A stretch of 64,000 bases of DNA from assembly GCA_963697335.1 (NCBI GenBank), contig CAVONQ010000007.1, forward strand, positions 96,001-160,000, given 5' to 3'. This stretch comes from an uncultured cyanobacterium (lineage in GTDB: Bacteria; Cyanobacteriota; Cyanobacteriia; PCC-6307; Cyanobiaceae). A program made the translations under genes and the position numbers. The notes under the pieces were generated by a model that saw only the letters and a list, made by a program, of their open reading frames with translations, did not search any database and was not told the origin of the DNA. Within the stretch, counting starts at the first letter, position 1, and each line of letters starts with the position of its first letter. Below are positions 19,922 to 30,464 of the stretch, one piece after another.

Positions 19922-20680
19922 ATGGAACTGCCGATCCCGCGCCACGACTGGCCCGAACCGCTGATCGACCCCTCCCTGCCGCCCCTCGCCCTGATTCCGG
20001 CCCGGGGAGGGTCCAAGGGCATTCCCCACAAGAATCTCCAGCTCCTGGGCGGCCTCCCCCTGGTGGGACGCACGGTCCAGAGCGCCCTCGCCGCCCATTG
20101 CATCGGCCGAGTGGTGGTCAGCACCGACGATGGGGCGATCGCGGCGGCGGCCGCCGCCGCAGGCGCCGAGGTGGTGACCCGGCCTGCGGCACTGGCCGGG
20201 GACGGGGCATCGTCGGAGTCGGCCCTGGTGCACGCTCTGCGCGATCTGGGTCAGCAGGGCGCCCTACCCCGCATGTTCGTCTTTTTGCAGTGCACCTCAC
20301 CCTTCACCACCGGCGAGCAGATTGACCGGGTGGTGCAGGGGCTGCAGGGATCAGAGGCCAACCTGGCCTTTGCGGTAACGCCGTGGCACGGCTTCCTGTG
20401 GGGCCGCGATCCTGACGGCTGGGGCGTGGGCCTCAATCACGACGCCGGCCGCCCCCGCCAGAGGCGCCAGGACCTGGAGCCCTGCTTCCTCGAGACAGGC
20501 TCCATCTATGCCCTGCGCACCCAAGCGTTCCTGAGTGCCGGCAGCCGCTTCGTGCCTCCCCTGCTGCCGGTGGAGATCGAGGCGCTCTCCCCGGAGATTG
20601 ACACCCCGGCAGATCTTGCCCTCTGCCGTCAGCTGGCCCCCCTGCTTGATGGCGCCACTCCCGGAGGGCTGGGCGGATGA
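19922..20680 (+). CDS. neuA: Acylneuraminate (nonulosonate) cytidylyltransferase
   Basis: IPARGGSKGIPHKN, VVSTDD, LQCTSPF, ETGSIY, EIDTPAD. Start uncertain (19874 or 19922). Confidence 0.92.
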   Translation: MELPIPRHDWPEPLIDPSLPPLALIPARGGSKGIPHKNLQLLGGLPLVGRTVQSALAAHCIGRVVVSTDDGAIAAAAAAAGAEVVTRPAALAGDGASSESALVHALRDLGQQGALPRMFVFLQCTSPFTTGEQIDRVVQGLQGSEANLAFAVTPWHGFLWGRDPDGWGVGLNHDAGRPRQRRQDLEPCFLETGSIYALRTQAFLSAGSRFVPPLLPVEIEALSPEIDTPADLALCRQLAPLLDGATPGGLGG

Positions 20681-21978
20681 GCCGCCTGCAGGACCGGCAG
20701 ATCGCCGCCATCGCGAGCTTCGACTCCTTTGGCAAGACCGCCATGGCGATGTTGTCGGTGTGCCGCAAGCAAGGGGCAATGACCACCCTGTTCCTGCTGG
20801 AAATTCAGGGCCGCCGTCTGTCGCGGCGGCAGCTGATCGAAATCCAGCGGATCGACGCCAAAGTGACGATCGTGCGCCAGGACTGGCAGACGCTCCGCCA
20901 GATCCGCGCCACCCTCGCCGGGCTCGATGCCCTCGTGCTGGGCCTGGACGGCCAGCGCACCCGCGAGCTGCAGATGCTGCTGCGTTCGGAGATGCCTGGC
21001 GGACGCTGGCCCCTGACGGTGAGCGCCTACCCCGGCATCCTCTTCCGCCACCAGATCGAGGGCATGATGGATCGCTCCGGGGCCGATCTGCTCTGCCTCA
21101 ACTCCCCGGTGGACCTGGCGCTCTACAGCCACGCCTGCGAAGCCCTGGGGATCTCGGCCAGCAACGCCGTGGTGACGGGTCTGCCGATCCTCTGGAACCT
21201 TCACCCAGGCCGCCGCGGCCCCGTGGAGAAGCCGAGCATCGTCTTCTTTGAACAGCCCTCGGTGCCAGGCAATCCTCTGCAGCGCCACTACGTCTGCAAC
21301 CGGCTCAACGACCTCGCCAAGCGCTGGCCAGACCACACGGTGATCTTCAAGCCGCGCACCTCCGGGGTGGAGCGCACCCTGCACAGGCGCCATGGCGAGA
21401 TGGCCAGCCGCATCGAGAAGCTGATGCGAAAATCGCCGAATCTGCAGATCAACTACAAGCCGAGCCTCGCCCTGCTACGCCAGTGTGGCTGCGCCATCAC
21501 CGTGTCCTCGACGGCGGCCATGGAGGCGATGGCCCTGGGCATCAGCACCCGCATCGTGGCCGACCTGGGGGTGAACGAAACCCTCGGCAACCACTACTTC
21601 GTGGCCTCAAACACGGTGCGCAGCTTCGAGGCGATCATTGCCGATCCGTTCACGCCGATCCACGACGAGGCCTGGCTGGACAGCCACGGCCGCTGTCAGG
21701 ACGGCCGCGAACGCTTCATCGAGGCCATGGCCGAGCGGCTCGAACGGGGCAGGGAGGCCCCAGCTGGCAGCCCCTCCACCACCTCCCCGGGGCCGCCGGG
21801 CTGGGGGGCCGAGCCCTGGCAGCAGTATGCCCTCCGCCACGGCGGCCGGCGGATGCTGAGCAGCGCCGGCAACCGCTCCCGCCTCAAGACCAGCCACCGA
21901 GGCAAGAACGTGATGCGCTATCTGCGCGACCTGGTGCTCGGCCTGCACTGGGTTGAGGACTTCGTCCGCGGCCGATGA
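20677..21978 (+). CDS. Putative CMP-sugar-dependent glycosyltransferase, paralogue A (DUF6716-like)
   Basis: ASFDS, LLCLNSP, TGLP, VFFEQ, FKPR, TVSSTAAMEA, DLG. ATGA overlap with neuA. Confidence 0.7.
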   Translation: MSRLQDRQIAAIASFDSFGKTAMAMLSVCRKQGAMTTLFLLEIQGRRLSRRQLIEIQRIDAKVTIVRQDWQTLRQIRATLAGLDALVLGLDGQRTRELQMLLRSEMPGGRWPLTVSAYPGILFRHQIEGMMDRSGADLLCLNSPVDLALYSHACEALGISASNAVVTGLPILWNLHPGRRGPVEKPSIVFFEQPSVPGNPLQRHYVCNRLNDLAKRWPDHTVIFKPRTSGVERTLHRRHGEMASRIEKLMRKSPNLQINYKPSLALLRQCGCAITVSSTAAMEAMALGISTRIVADLGVNETLGNHYFVASNTVRSFEAIIADPFTPIHDEAWLDSHGRCQDGRERFIEAMAERLERGREAPAGSPSTTSPGPPGWGAEPWQQYALRHGGRRMLSSAGNRSRLKTSHRGKNVMRYLRDLVLGLHWVEDFVRGR

Positions 21979-23024
21979 GGGTGCTGCTGGTGAGTGACAG
22001 CCCGGCGAGCCGCTTCGCCTGCGGGGCCCTCGCCTCGGCCCTGGAGTCTGCGGGAGCGGAGGTGTGGGTGGATGCACCCCTGGAGCTGGAGGCCCTCAGC
22101 TGCAGCGATCTGCTGCTCGATCTGGACGGGGTGGGTCTGTTCATCAGCCCCCTGCAGGTGCCCCCCTTCCTGCGACGACTGCGGCAGGCTGCCGCCCTGA
22201 GGGGCCGTACGCCGGTGGCCGTGTTCAGTGGGCCGTCCACGCCCCTGGTGGGCGATGACCTGGCAAAGGATCTGCTGCCACGGCTCGGGGTCGACCTGCT
22301 CTGCCTGCAGGGCCCGCGCCAGCAGGAGGAGCTGGCAGACCTGGGGCGCACGAGCGGGCAATCGCCGCCGCCGACGGCCTTGCTGGGGTGGTGGGGGCTG
22401 ACGCCGAAGCTCCCTGCCGCGGCACCGGGATCCCGGCCACGGCGCCTGGTGTTCCTGGAGCAGGCGATGCTGCCGCCCGCCCCAGGAGCGCGCCTGCGGC
22501 TGCTGGAAGTGCTGGAGCGCCTCTGCGCCAGCTCTCCGGCCTGGGAGGTGATCCTTCAGAGCGATCCATTGCAGGAGGCACTGGCCCACGCAGGTGATTA
22601 CCCTGATTCGGCGGGTGGCGAAGCCAGCGAACCCAGCCTGGCCGCGTTGCTGGAGCAGCGCCCGCCCCTGGCCAATCTGCGCCTGGCCCCGCCCTCGGCC
22701 TGGGCCCGCAGCCTCGATCGAGCCGGCGTCTGCGCCACGATCAGCAGCCCCCTGCTGTGGGAGGCCCTGGGCCGTCAGCTGCCGCTGCTGTTGCTGGGCG
22801 ACTATGGCATCCGCTCCGATATGGAGGGGCCCCTACTGTTTGGCTCAGGGCTGATGGGCCGGATCACCGGCTGCGAAAACCTCGAGGAGCTGCTGCATCT
22901 GCCCTGCCCCAATCCCGGCTGGCTGCGGGAGCTGGGCTGGGAGATCGGCCCCGGTGCCGGTGCCCTGATCCAGTGGCTGGCGGACAGGCCGGCGCAGGCC
23001 ATTGGCCTGGAGGAGTGGCGATGA
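21975..23024 (+). CDS. Putative glycosyltransferase paralogue B (DUF6716-like, degenerate)
   Basis: LVSDS, LLCLQGP, VFLEQ, TISSPLLWEA, DYG. ATGA-coupled. Confidence 0.7.
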   Translation: MRVLLVSDSPASRFACGALASALESAGAEVWVDAPLELEALSCSDLLLDLDGVGLFISPLQVPPFLRRLRQAAALRGRTPVAVFSGPSTPLVGDDLAKDLLPRLGVDLLCLQGPRQQEELADLGRTSGQSPPPTALLGWWGLTPKLPAAAPGSRPRRLVFLEQAMLPPAPGARLRLLEVLERLCASSPAWEVILQSDPLQEALAHAGDYPDSAGGEASEPSLAALLEQRPPLANLRLAPPSAWARSLDRAGVCATISSPLLWEALGRQLPLLLLGDYGIRSDMEGPLLFGSGLMGRITGCENLEELLHLPCPNPGWLRELGWEIGPGAGALIQWLADRPAQAIGLEEWR

Positions 23025-24343
23025 GCGCCGTTCTGCTGGTTGCCGACTCAGACAGCCAGATGCTGTACTGCGAGGCCCTGGCCCGGGGGCACCGCGCCGC
23101 CGGCCTTGAGCTCACCATCCACCTAATCCCCCGGGACGGCACCCCAGAGGCGGTGAAGGGGCGCATGGAACAGCTGGGAACGGTGCAACAGGGAAGCCTG
23201 GGCACGCTGCTGCAGGACCCAGGCCTCAGCCGCTTCGCGGCGATCGGCGTGTTCCTCACCGGCAGCAAGATCGCCGGCTTCCGCAGCGCCTACCTCCGCT
23301 CTCGTCAGCACGATCCCCAGCGCAGGGCCCTGCTCTTCTGCGGGTTCAACGGCGTGGTGCTGGAACGCTTCGAGGAGGCCCTCACCTGGCGCCTGGGCTA
23401 CGACCTGATCTGTCTCAACGGCCCGCGCGACCAGGCGCGCTTCGAGCGCTTCCTGCGACACACGCCCTTTCGGGCCCAGCGCGCGGTGCTCACCGGATTG
23501 CGGCGCACCAGGGTGGCGGAGGTCAGGCCCCTGGCCGAACGGCCCCGGCAGCTGGTGTTCGCGGAACAGGTGGCCATGCCCGCGAGCCTGGAGGAGCGGC
23601 GCCAGCTGGCCAGGCTGGTGGTGGACCTGGCCCATCGGTTCAGCGACTGGCAGGTGGTGCTGAAGCCTCGGGTGGCCCCCCATGAGGCCACGTTCCATGA
23701 GTTCTGCGAGCACATCACCACCACCCTCGAACAGGTGTGCCGTCGCCGTCCGGCCAACCTGGCGATCTCCTACGCCCCGCTGGCCGCGCTGCTGGCCGAC
23801 AGCCGCCTGTTCGCCACGCTGTCATCCACGGCGTTGTTCGATGCCCTCGACCATGGCTGCTCAGCGCTGGTGATGGGCGACTTCGGCCTGCGCCCCGACC
23901 TGGGCAGCGACTTCTTCGGGGGCTCAGGACTGGTTCGCAATCTGGCAGGCATCGACGACCTCGACGCCCTGGTGGGACTGCAGGGAAATCCGGCCTGGCT
24001 CCATTGGGTGGGGTACGACGGGGCCTGCAACCCCAGCCAGCTGTTCGACGCCATCAAGCGGCATGGGCTGCAGCAGGACGGTGCCCCAGCTCAAGACCCA
24101 CTGGAGCTGGAGCATCGGGGCTACGTGGTGAATTCCGCCGACCTCTCCAGCAACCAGCTGCGGCTCGCTGCGGAAGCGGCCATCGCGGCTCACGACTACG
24201 CCGAGGCGGGGCAACTGCTGGAGATGGCGGCCCTGCAGCGGCCTCACAATGGCAACATCCAGCGCAGACTGAAGGCGGTGCGTTGCCCCAGTCATCTCGG
24301 GCGGCGCCTGCTGCTGCTGGCCAGCCCCAGGTTCAACCTGTAA
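23021..24343 (+). CDS. Putative glycosyltransferase paralogue C (DUF6716-like) with C-terminal TPR-like helix pair
   Basis: VADSDS, LICLNGP, TGL, VFAEQ, LKPR, TLSSTALFDA, DFG. ATG at 23021 overlaps the preceding stop. Confidence 0.72.
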   Translation: MSAVLLVADSDSQMLYCEALARGHRAAGLELTIHLIPRDGTPEAVKGRMEQLGTVQQGSLGTLLQDPGLSRFAAIGVFLTGSKIAGFRSAYLRSRQHDPQRRALLFCGFNGVVLERFEEALTWRLGYDLICLNGPRDQARFERFLRHTPFRAQRAVLTGLRRTRVAEVRPLAERPRQLVFAEQVAMPASLEERRQLARLVVDLAHRFSDWQVVLKPRVAPHEATFHEFCEHITTTLEQVCRRRPANLAISYAPLAALLADSRLFATLSSTALFDALDHGCSALVMGDFGLRPDLGSDFFGGSGLVRNLAGIDDLDALVGLQGNPAWLHWVGYDGACNPSQLFDAIKRHGLQQDGAPAQDPLELEHRGYVVNSADLSSNQLRLAAEAAIAAHDYAEAGQLLEMAALQRPHNGNIQRRLKAVRCPSHLGRRLLLLASPRFNL

Positions 24344-24522
24344 GCTGGCCGCGGCGATGGAGATTACACACTGTTCACCTACAAAGCGGACTAAGGCCCT
24401 CCAGCTGAGTTAGCCCACAGGGATGACAACCTGCGTTGACCAATGGGGCAAACAAAATGGCTTTGCTAACTGGGATTCCAAAACGCTTCAATCGTCGATG
24501 CTGTTGTTAGAGGGGCAAGGCC

Positions 24523-26847
24523 ATGCAGATCGAGCGCAATTTCACTCAGTTTGTGGTCTTCGCCGAAGACACTGTCCTGGCGGCCTTATCCAAAATCACA
24601 GCCAATAAGTCACGGCTGATTTTTGTCGTCTCGGAAAGTGGCATTCTTCAGGGCGTGCTCAGCGACGGTGACTTTCGACGCTGGGTGGCGAACTGCAGCC
24701 CGATCGATCTGAACGCCCCGGTGACGCGGGCCATGAATCCCCAGTGCCGCACCGGAAGGGTCGGCATGAGCCCAGCCGATCTGGCGCCCCTGTTCAGCCC
24801 CCAGATCCAGCTGGTGCCGCTGCTCGATAGCCACGGACGCATCGCCGCCGTGGCCATTGAAGGAGCCCGGGAACTGCGGATTGCAGGGCGTTTGATCGGT
24901 GATGGCCGTGCAAGCTTCTTGATTGCGGAAATTGGCAATAACCACAACGGCTGCTTCGATCTGGCCCTGAAGCTGATCGATGCAGCGGCAGCAGCAGGCG
25001 TGGACTGCGCCAAGTTCCAGATGCGAGAGATGAAGAATCTCTATGTCAATGCCGGAGACAGCAATGACATGGCCTCTGATCTGGGCACTCAGTACACCCT
25101 CGATCTGCTGGAGCGGTTCCAGTTGACGGACGACGAGCTCTACCGCTGCTTTGACTACACCGCCCGCAAGGGCATGATCCCCCTGTGTACACCGTGGGAT
25201 GTCAGCAGCCTCGAAAAGTTGCAGCGCTGGGGTATGGAGGCCTTCAAGGTGGCCTCGGCAGACTTCACCAATCACGCCCTGCTCACGGCCATCGCCGCCA
25301 CGGGCAAGCCGCTGGTCTGCTCCACCGGCATGGCCACGGAGCTGGAGATCAAGAGCGGCATTCGACACCTGCGCCAACAAGGGGCTCCGTTTGTCCTGCT
25401 GCACTGCAATTCCACCTATCCCACTCCCTACAAGGATGTGAATCTGCGCTACCTCGCCCGCCTGCGAGAACTGTCCGGCGGCCCGGTGGGCTATTCGGGC
25501 CACGAGCGCGGCATTGAGGTGCCCATCGCCGCTGTGGCCCTAGGGGCCACGGTGGTCGAAAAACACATCACCCTTGATCCTGGCATGGAGGGAAACGACC
25601 ACAAGGTGAGCCTGCTGCCGGAGGAGTTTCGAAGGATGGTCGAGGCTATTCGAGCCGTGGAAGACTCCATGGGCAGCGATGCTGAGCGCGCCATCAGCCA
25701 GGGAGAGCTGATGAACCGCGAAGTGTTGGCGAAAAGTCTCGTGGCAGCCTGCCCGATCCCGCGTGGCACTGTGATCGAGAACTCCATGGTGCGGGTTCAG
25801 AGCCCCGGCCAAGGGCTGCAGCCGTACCGTCTCAATGATCTGCTGGGGCACACGCTGAGCAGCGACAAGAATCCCGGCGACTTCTTCTTTGAATCTGATC
25901 TCGGGGAGGATGGAGTCCAGGCACGTCATTATCACTTCAGCAATCCATTTGGAGTGCCAGTTCGCTATCATGATCTTGAATTATTCAGCAAGGCCAGCAA
26001 TCTCGATCTGGTGGAGATTCACCTGAGCTACAAAGACTTAGAAATCCCCACTGCCAAAGCCATTCCGAACCGCATTCCCTTGGGACTCGTGGTTCATGCC
26101 CCTGAATTGTTCGCCGGAGATCACACCCTGGATCTCTGCAGCATTGACAGCGACTACAGACAGCATTCGATCCAGCAACTACAAAGGGTGCTGGACCTAG
26201 CGAAGGTCTTACGCGAGCACTTCAAGTGTCCCGAAGACGTGTTGCTGGTGACCAACATGGGTGGGTTTTCAGCCCATCAACACTTGTTGCCAGAAGCGAA
26301 GCAGCCGATGATGGATGCACTTGAAGCCAGTCTGTCAGCCCTGCGCTGTGATGGTGTGGAAATCATCCCGCAGACCATGCCACCTTTCCCATGGCATTTC
26401 GGGGGGCAACGGTTCCACAACTTGTTTGTTGATCCCGACTTTATCGAGTCGTTCTGCAAGGAGCATCACTATCGTGTCTGCCTGGATGTCTCCCACTCGA
26501 AACTGGCCTGCAACCACCTTGGCCAATCGTTTCATGGTTTCCTCGAAAGGATTCTCCCCTTCACTGCCCACCTGCATCTGGCCGATGCCAGTGGCGTGGA
26601 TGGGGAAGGCCTGCAAATCGACGAAGGTGAAATCGACTGGCCTTTACTGTTTCGGATGCTGCGGCACCACGCCCCCACGGCCTCGTTCATCCCCGAGATC
26701 TGGCAAGGCCACAAGAACCAGGGGGAGGGAGCCTGGCGTGCACTTGAGCGACTTGAACGCCATGACCAGCCCAAGAGCTCCATGGCGGTCTCCAGTCCGT
26801 CCGCAGTGGAGAGCGCGCGTGGTTTCCGGGCTTCCCTGATCAACTGA
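24523..26847 (+). CDS. neuB: Nonulosonic acid synthase (CBS + NeuB + SAF + C-terminal xylose-isomerase/AP-endonuclease-like barrel)
   Basis: GVLSDGDFRR (CBS), IAEIGNNHNG, AKFQ, STGM, LHCNSTYP, GYSGHE, EKHITL; then CLDVSH, HLHLADA, PEIWQGH. Confidence 0.92.
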   Translation: MQIERNFTQFVVFAEDTVLAALSKITANKSRLIFVVSESGILQGVLSDGDFRRWVANCSPIDLNAPVTRAMNPQCRTGRVGMSPADLAPLFSPQIQLVPLLDSHGRIAAVAIEGARELRIAGRLIGDGRASFLIAEIGNNHNGCFDLALKLIDAAAAAGVDCAKFQMREMKNLYVNAGDSNDMASDLGTQYTLDLLERFQLTDDELYRCFDYTARKGMIPLCTPWDVSSLEKLQRWGMEAFKVASADFTNHALLTAIAATGKPLVCSTGMATELEIKSGIRHLRQQGAPFVLLHCNSTYPTPYKDVNLRYLARLRELSGGPVGYSGHERGIEVPIAAVALGATVVEKHITLDPGMEGNDHKVSLLPEEFRRMVEAIRAVEDSMGSDAERAISQGELMNREVLAKSLVAACPIPRGTVIENSMVRVQSPGQGLQPYRLNDLLGHTLSSDKNPGDFFFESDLGEDGVQARHYHFSNPFGVPVRYHDLELFSKASNLDLVEIHLSYKDLEIPTAKAIPNRIPLGLVVHAPELFAGDHTLDLCSIDSDYRQHSIQQLQRVLDLAKVLREHFKCPEDVLLVTNMGGFSAHQHLLPEAKQPMMDALEASLSALRCDGVEIIPQTMPPFPWHFGGQRFHNLFVDPDFIESFCKEHHYRVCLDVSHSKLACNHLGQSFHGFLERILPFTAHLHLADASGVDGEGLQIDEGEIDWPLLFRMLRHHAPTASFIPEIWQGHKNQGEGAWRALERLERHDQPKSSMAVSSPSAVESARGFRASLIN

Positions 26848-27719
26848 TGCCGCATCACTCCGTACTGCGGGCTGGATCCAGCGCGGCCGCCGAACCTGAC
26901 ATGGAGGCGGTGCTCGCAGCAATCACCAGGGGGCTGGATGGCGCCGACCACGACGCTGTGGCCAGGATTCCAGCCAACACACTTCCCAACTTCATCGTGA
27001 TTGGGGCAGCCAAGTCAGCCACCACCACGCTGACCCGGGTGTTGGGCAGACATCCAGACATCTTCATGGCCAAGCCCAAGGAACCGAAGTTTTTCGGCAG
27101 ACGTTACGACAAGGGCTGGAACTGGTACGCCAAGCTCTTCCAGGACGGTGCCCAGGCCAGGTTACGCGGAGAAGGCAGCACGATGTACAGCAGCACCCTG
27201 CCCAGTTTTGAACACACAGCCGCCTTGATGCATAGGTATCTGCCAGAAACCAAGATCATCTATATGACCAGGCATCCCCTAGACCGGCTGGTGTCACAGT
27301 GGCGTCACATCAAAGGAAAGCATCCCGGCACAAGTGACTTTTCCGAGTTACTGAAGACATCAAGACTGCAGCATTTACTACTGGGTTGTTCCATGTATTA
27401 TGAGCGCATCAGCAGTTTCAGAAGCGTCTTCCATGATCAACAGATTCTGTGCCTGACTTTTGAAGATCTCCTGGCTTCACCCCAGCAGACACTACAAGTC
27501 GTGCTTGACTTTTTAGGACTTTCAACCGAGCCACGACAACTCCTCAACGAAGGAACCCACTTGCCGTTGGTCAACGAAGCAGGGCAGCAGGGCCGCCGCT
27601 ACGTTGAAAAGCCTGAGTGGCCTTGGCTGATGAAGTGGCGTGTGACCCAGCGCCTGAAGGCGGACACAAGGCAATTCCTGAGCTACATCGGCAAGCCAGC
27701 CGACTTCTGGAAACTATGA
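26847..27719 (+). CDS. Sulfotransferase
   Basis: LPNFIVIGAAKSATT (5'-PSB), KEPKFF, RHPLDRLVS (3'-PB). Confidence 0.9.
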   Translation: MPHHSVLRAGSSAAAEPDMEAVLAAITRGLDGADHDAVARIPANTLPNFIVIGAAKSATTTLTRVLGRHPDIFMAKPKEPKFFGRRYDKGWNWYAKLFQDGAQARLRGEGSTMYSSTLPSFEHTAALMHRYLPETKIIYMTRHPLDRLVSQWRHIKGKHPGTSDFSELLKTSRLQHLLLGCSMYYERISSFRSVFHDQQILCLTFEDLLASPQQTLQVVLDFLGLSTEPRQLLNEGTHLPLVNEAGQQGRRYVEKPEWPWLMKWRVTQRLKADTRQFLSYIGKPADFWKL

Positions 27720-27763
27720 TCACGTGCTGCCTGCCCGGCCGGCTGGCTCTCCAGATCTGAATC

Positions 27764-28876
27764 ATGCCACCAACCCTGAACCTGATTCGCACCGCCACCA
27801 AACGCCATCCCTCATGGTGGGGGAAGGCTTCGGTCGGGCAGCCGAGTCAAATCATCGTTGAGAGCGATGCTTTGGTGCTGGACATCAGTCGTCACCAGCA
27901 TAATTTCAAACGTTGGTGGCTGAATATGAGTCATGGCGCCGTGAACGAACATGGCGAGCTGATCCATGCATTAAACGACAAACGCGGTGAACGGCACTTC
28001 TACTATCCACAGGAAGATCGCCTTCAGGAGGTCAGGCAAGGTCGCGGTGTGGGAGCCGAGGTCATGGATAAAGAGCTGGTGCTCTATGGCGGCACCCTGT
28101 TTGACCATTTCGGGCATTTGTTACTTGATCTGACCCGTACCTATCAGTTATTGCGCTTATTTCGAGATCTCGATGCCCCCATCTGGTTTCACTACCACCG
28201 GCTGCGGAAGGGAGGCACCCTGGCAGATCGCCCCTTGATCACCAACTGGCTCGACTGCCTCGGCATTCGCGAGCGGGCCCGGTTGGTGCGCCGACCGATC
28301 AGAGCCAAAACACTGGTATCGAGCAGTGTGCTCTACAGGGACCGTTGCTTTGTCAGCAGCGACTTTCACCACGCTTGCCTTGCTGCCCTGAGCCCCCAGT
28401 TGCGCGACAAGCTGGCCCAAACACCTCGCAAGCAGAAGATCGCCTACCTATCAAGGCACCGACTGAGTACAGGTACAACCAAGTTCATGGGGGAAGCTGA
28501 TGTTGTTGAACGCATCGGCAGACTACGTGAAGTCGATATCATCTGCCCTGAAGAGCTGAGCTTTGAACAAAAACTGACCCTCTACCGTGAGTACGAGTGG
28601 GTGATCGGATTTCCCCAGGCCTGCATGAATCTGAAAGTGTTTGTGCCCGACACGCAAGGCCATCCCCCTGCCCGACAGATCATGTTCCTGGCAGGGCCAA
28701 AAACACTGAGCACAAACTGGGTGAACATTGATGCTGCATGTAAGTTCGAAGACTTTTACGTAGACTGCCATCCCGACACATCCACGCGTCTTCAGGCCGA
28801 CGATGGCTTTCAGCGAAGCAATAGCTTCAACGTGGACACAGTTGTGCAGGCCATCGAACAGCTAGTCGCCGGCTAG
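27764..28876 (+). CDS. Glycosyltransferase family 61 (DUF563)-like
   Basis: HFGHLLLD, AYLSR, PEELSFEQKL, VIG motifs. Confidence 0.75.
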   Translation: MPPTLNLIRTATKRHPSWWGKASVGQPSQIIVESDALVLDISRHQHNFKRWWLNMSHGAVNEHGELIHALNDKRGERHFYYPQEDRLQEVRQGRGVGAEVMDKELVLYGGTLFDHFGHLLLDLTRTYQLLRLFRDLDAPIWFHYHRLRKGGTLADRPLITNWLDCLGIRERARLVRRPIRAKTLVSSSVLYRDRCFVSSDFHHACLAALSPQLRDKLAQTPRKQKIAYLSRHRLSTGTTKFMGEADVVERIGRLREVDIICPEELSFEQKLTLYREYEWVIGFPQACMNLKVFVPDTQGHPPARQIMFLAGPKTLSTNWVNIDAACKFEDFYVDCHPDTSTRLQADDGFQRSNSFNVDTVVQAIEQLVAG

Positions 28877-28892
28877 CCGCCTATGCAAACCC

Positions 28893-29526
28893 ATGATCTC
28901 TCACCAACATCGTTGTATTTTTATTCATATTCCTCGCACCGCTGGAACAAGCATTGAATCATGGCTGGAGCCCACCCCACAGTGGCTAAAGAGCCCCAAA
29001 GAGAAACATCTAACGGCTATTCAAGCGAAAACACTATATTCCGAGTTTTGGAACGACTACTTCAAGTTCACCATTGTTCGACATCCATACTCCAGGTCTC
29101 TCTCACTTCTTTCTCGATTTAGTCACGTTTTATGGAGTGCGTGTGAAGAATCAGTCTCTTCACTTTGGCCGCTACAAGCAAAAGTTTGGATCTCCGATTA
29201 CGATTGAGCATGACTCTCGCTTCTATGCACATTCAGACCTGCTCGCGCTGGAGCCCAGTTGCGCACATCCCTATCATCCCCACTGCGTGTATGGCAATAT
29301 GCTCACAGAAGAACTTGATGCCATCTATAGGTTTGAGGATCTGCCTAACGCTGTCAGCGATCTCGCCGCCAAGCTTTCTCTGCCATGCCCAACTCTGGAG
29401 CAGAAAGTGGCCGCCAAGCGCGGAGTTGATCCAGGCCTCAAGGATGATAAGCGGTCATTAGAGCGGATCAACAAACTCTACTGGCTTGATTTTCAAAACT
29501 ACGATTATGCGATGATCACTCCATGA
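28893..29526 (+). pseudogene. Sulfotransferase family 2-like; +1 frameshift near 29100-29140 as assembled
   Basis: IFIHIPRTAGTS and FTIVRHPYSR in one frame; YRFEDL...YWLDFQNYDY in the next; ~210 aa if repaired. Confidence 0.8.
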
Positions 29527-29668
29527 CAAGGCCAGCACGACATGGACGTCGGCGCGAGAGTTGAGTCCACCATTATATTCTGAGCGCAGCCTCGCCGTCA
29601 GGCCGATGTAGTCTTGGGGTTTGGTGACCCTGCATTCTAGAGTCTCTCAACAGTCTGGGATACGCGTG

Positions 29669-30410
29669 ATGCTGGTGGTGGTTTGTGGGATGCACCGATC
29701 AGGTTCAACCTTGGTGGCTCAGTTGGCCAAAGGCCTGCTAAGCAGCATCGGTGAGATCACGGTCAGCAGCAATGGTCTCGGCAGTTCGGTGGAGGAGATG
29801 CATGCCCGGGCCAGCGATCCAAACCACACCTGGCTTGCCAAGGTTCATATCCCACGACGGGTACTGCGGCGTGCCTTGCCCGACGAAGGTGCTCGCTACC
29901 TCTACACCTACCGCGATGTCCGGGATGCCTTGGCTTCGGCCTGGCGCAAGAATCGCTTCCTGTTTGGCAGCGAGGAGCGAGGCCCAACGATTGCAGCACA
30001 GTTCGTACGCGAGGAGATCGAAATCGGGGCCGTGTTCGAAGATCGCCGTCATTGCTGGATCGGGCGCTACGAAGTCATCGTCAATGACATCCCAAGCCTC
30101 GTGAATGATCTGGAACGCTTTCTGAACGTTTCGGCCTCCAACGCACTCAAACAGGAGTTGGTGGAAGAGGCTTCCCCAGAGAAGCAGACGGCAGCGCTCC
30201 AGGCTTGTGAGCACGGGCGATCGTTCGGTGCGGCTGGACACGTTCATCACCACCAATCACATCACCGATGGGCGTTTTGGTGCCTGGAAAGAAACCCTCT
30301 CCGTGGAGGAAGCCATCGCCTCCGAACAGGCTGCCCGCGACTGGTTGCGCCACAAGGACTATCCCCTGTGCTTTCGCAAGGCCATGTACATCGATCAACC
30401 CCAGGGCTAA
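29669..30410 (+). pseudogene. Sulfotransferase; +1 frameshift near 30188 as assembled
   Basis: VCGMHRSGST, YRDVRDALAS, RYE; the C-terminus NHITDG..GAWKETLS is in the next frame; ~246 aa if repaired. Confidence 0.8.
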
Positions 30411-30464
30411 ACACTTTCATGGGACAACCGGCTCACTTGAGAGCTGGCTTGAAGCCCCGCACCC

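Noticed and set aside
22757..23020. N-terminal extension of paralogue C in the ORF track
   Set aside because: Overlaps paralogue B; ATGA coupling and the paralogue alignment put the start at 23021.
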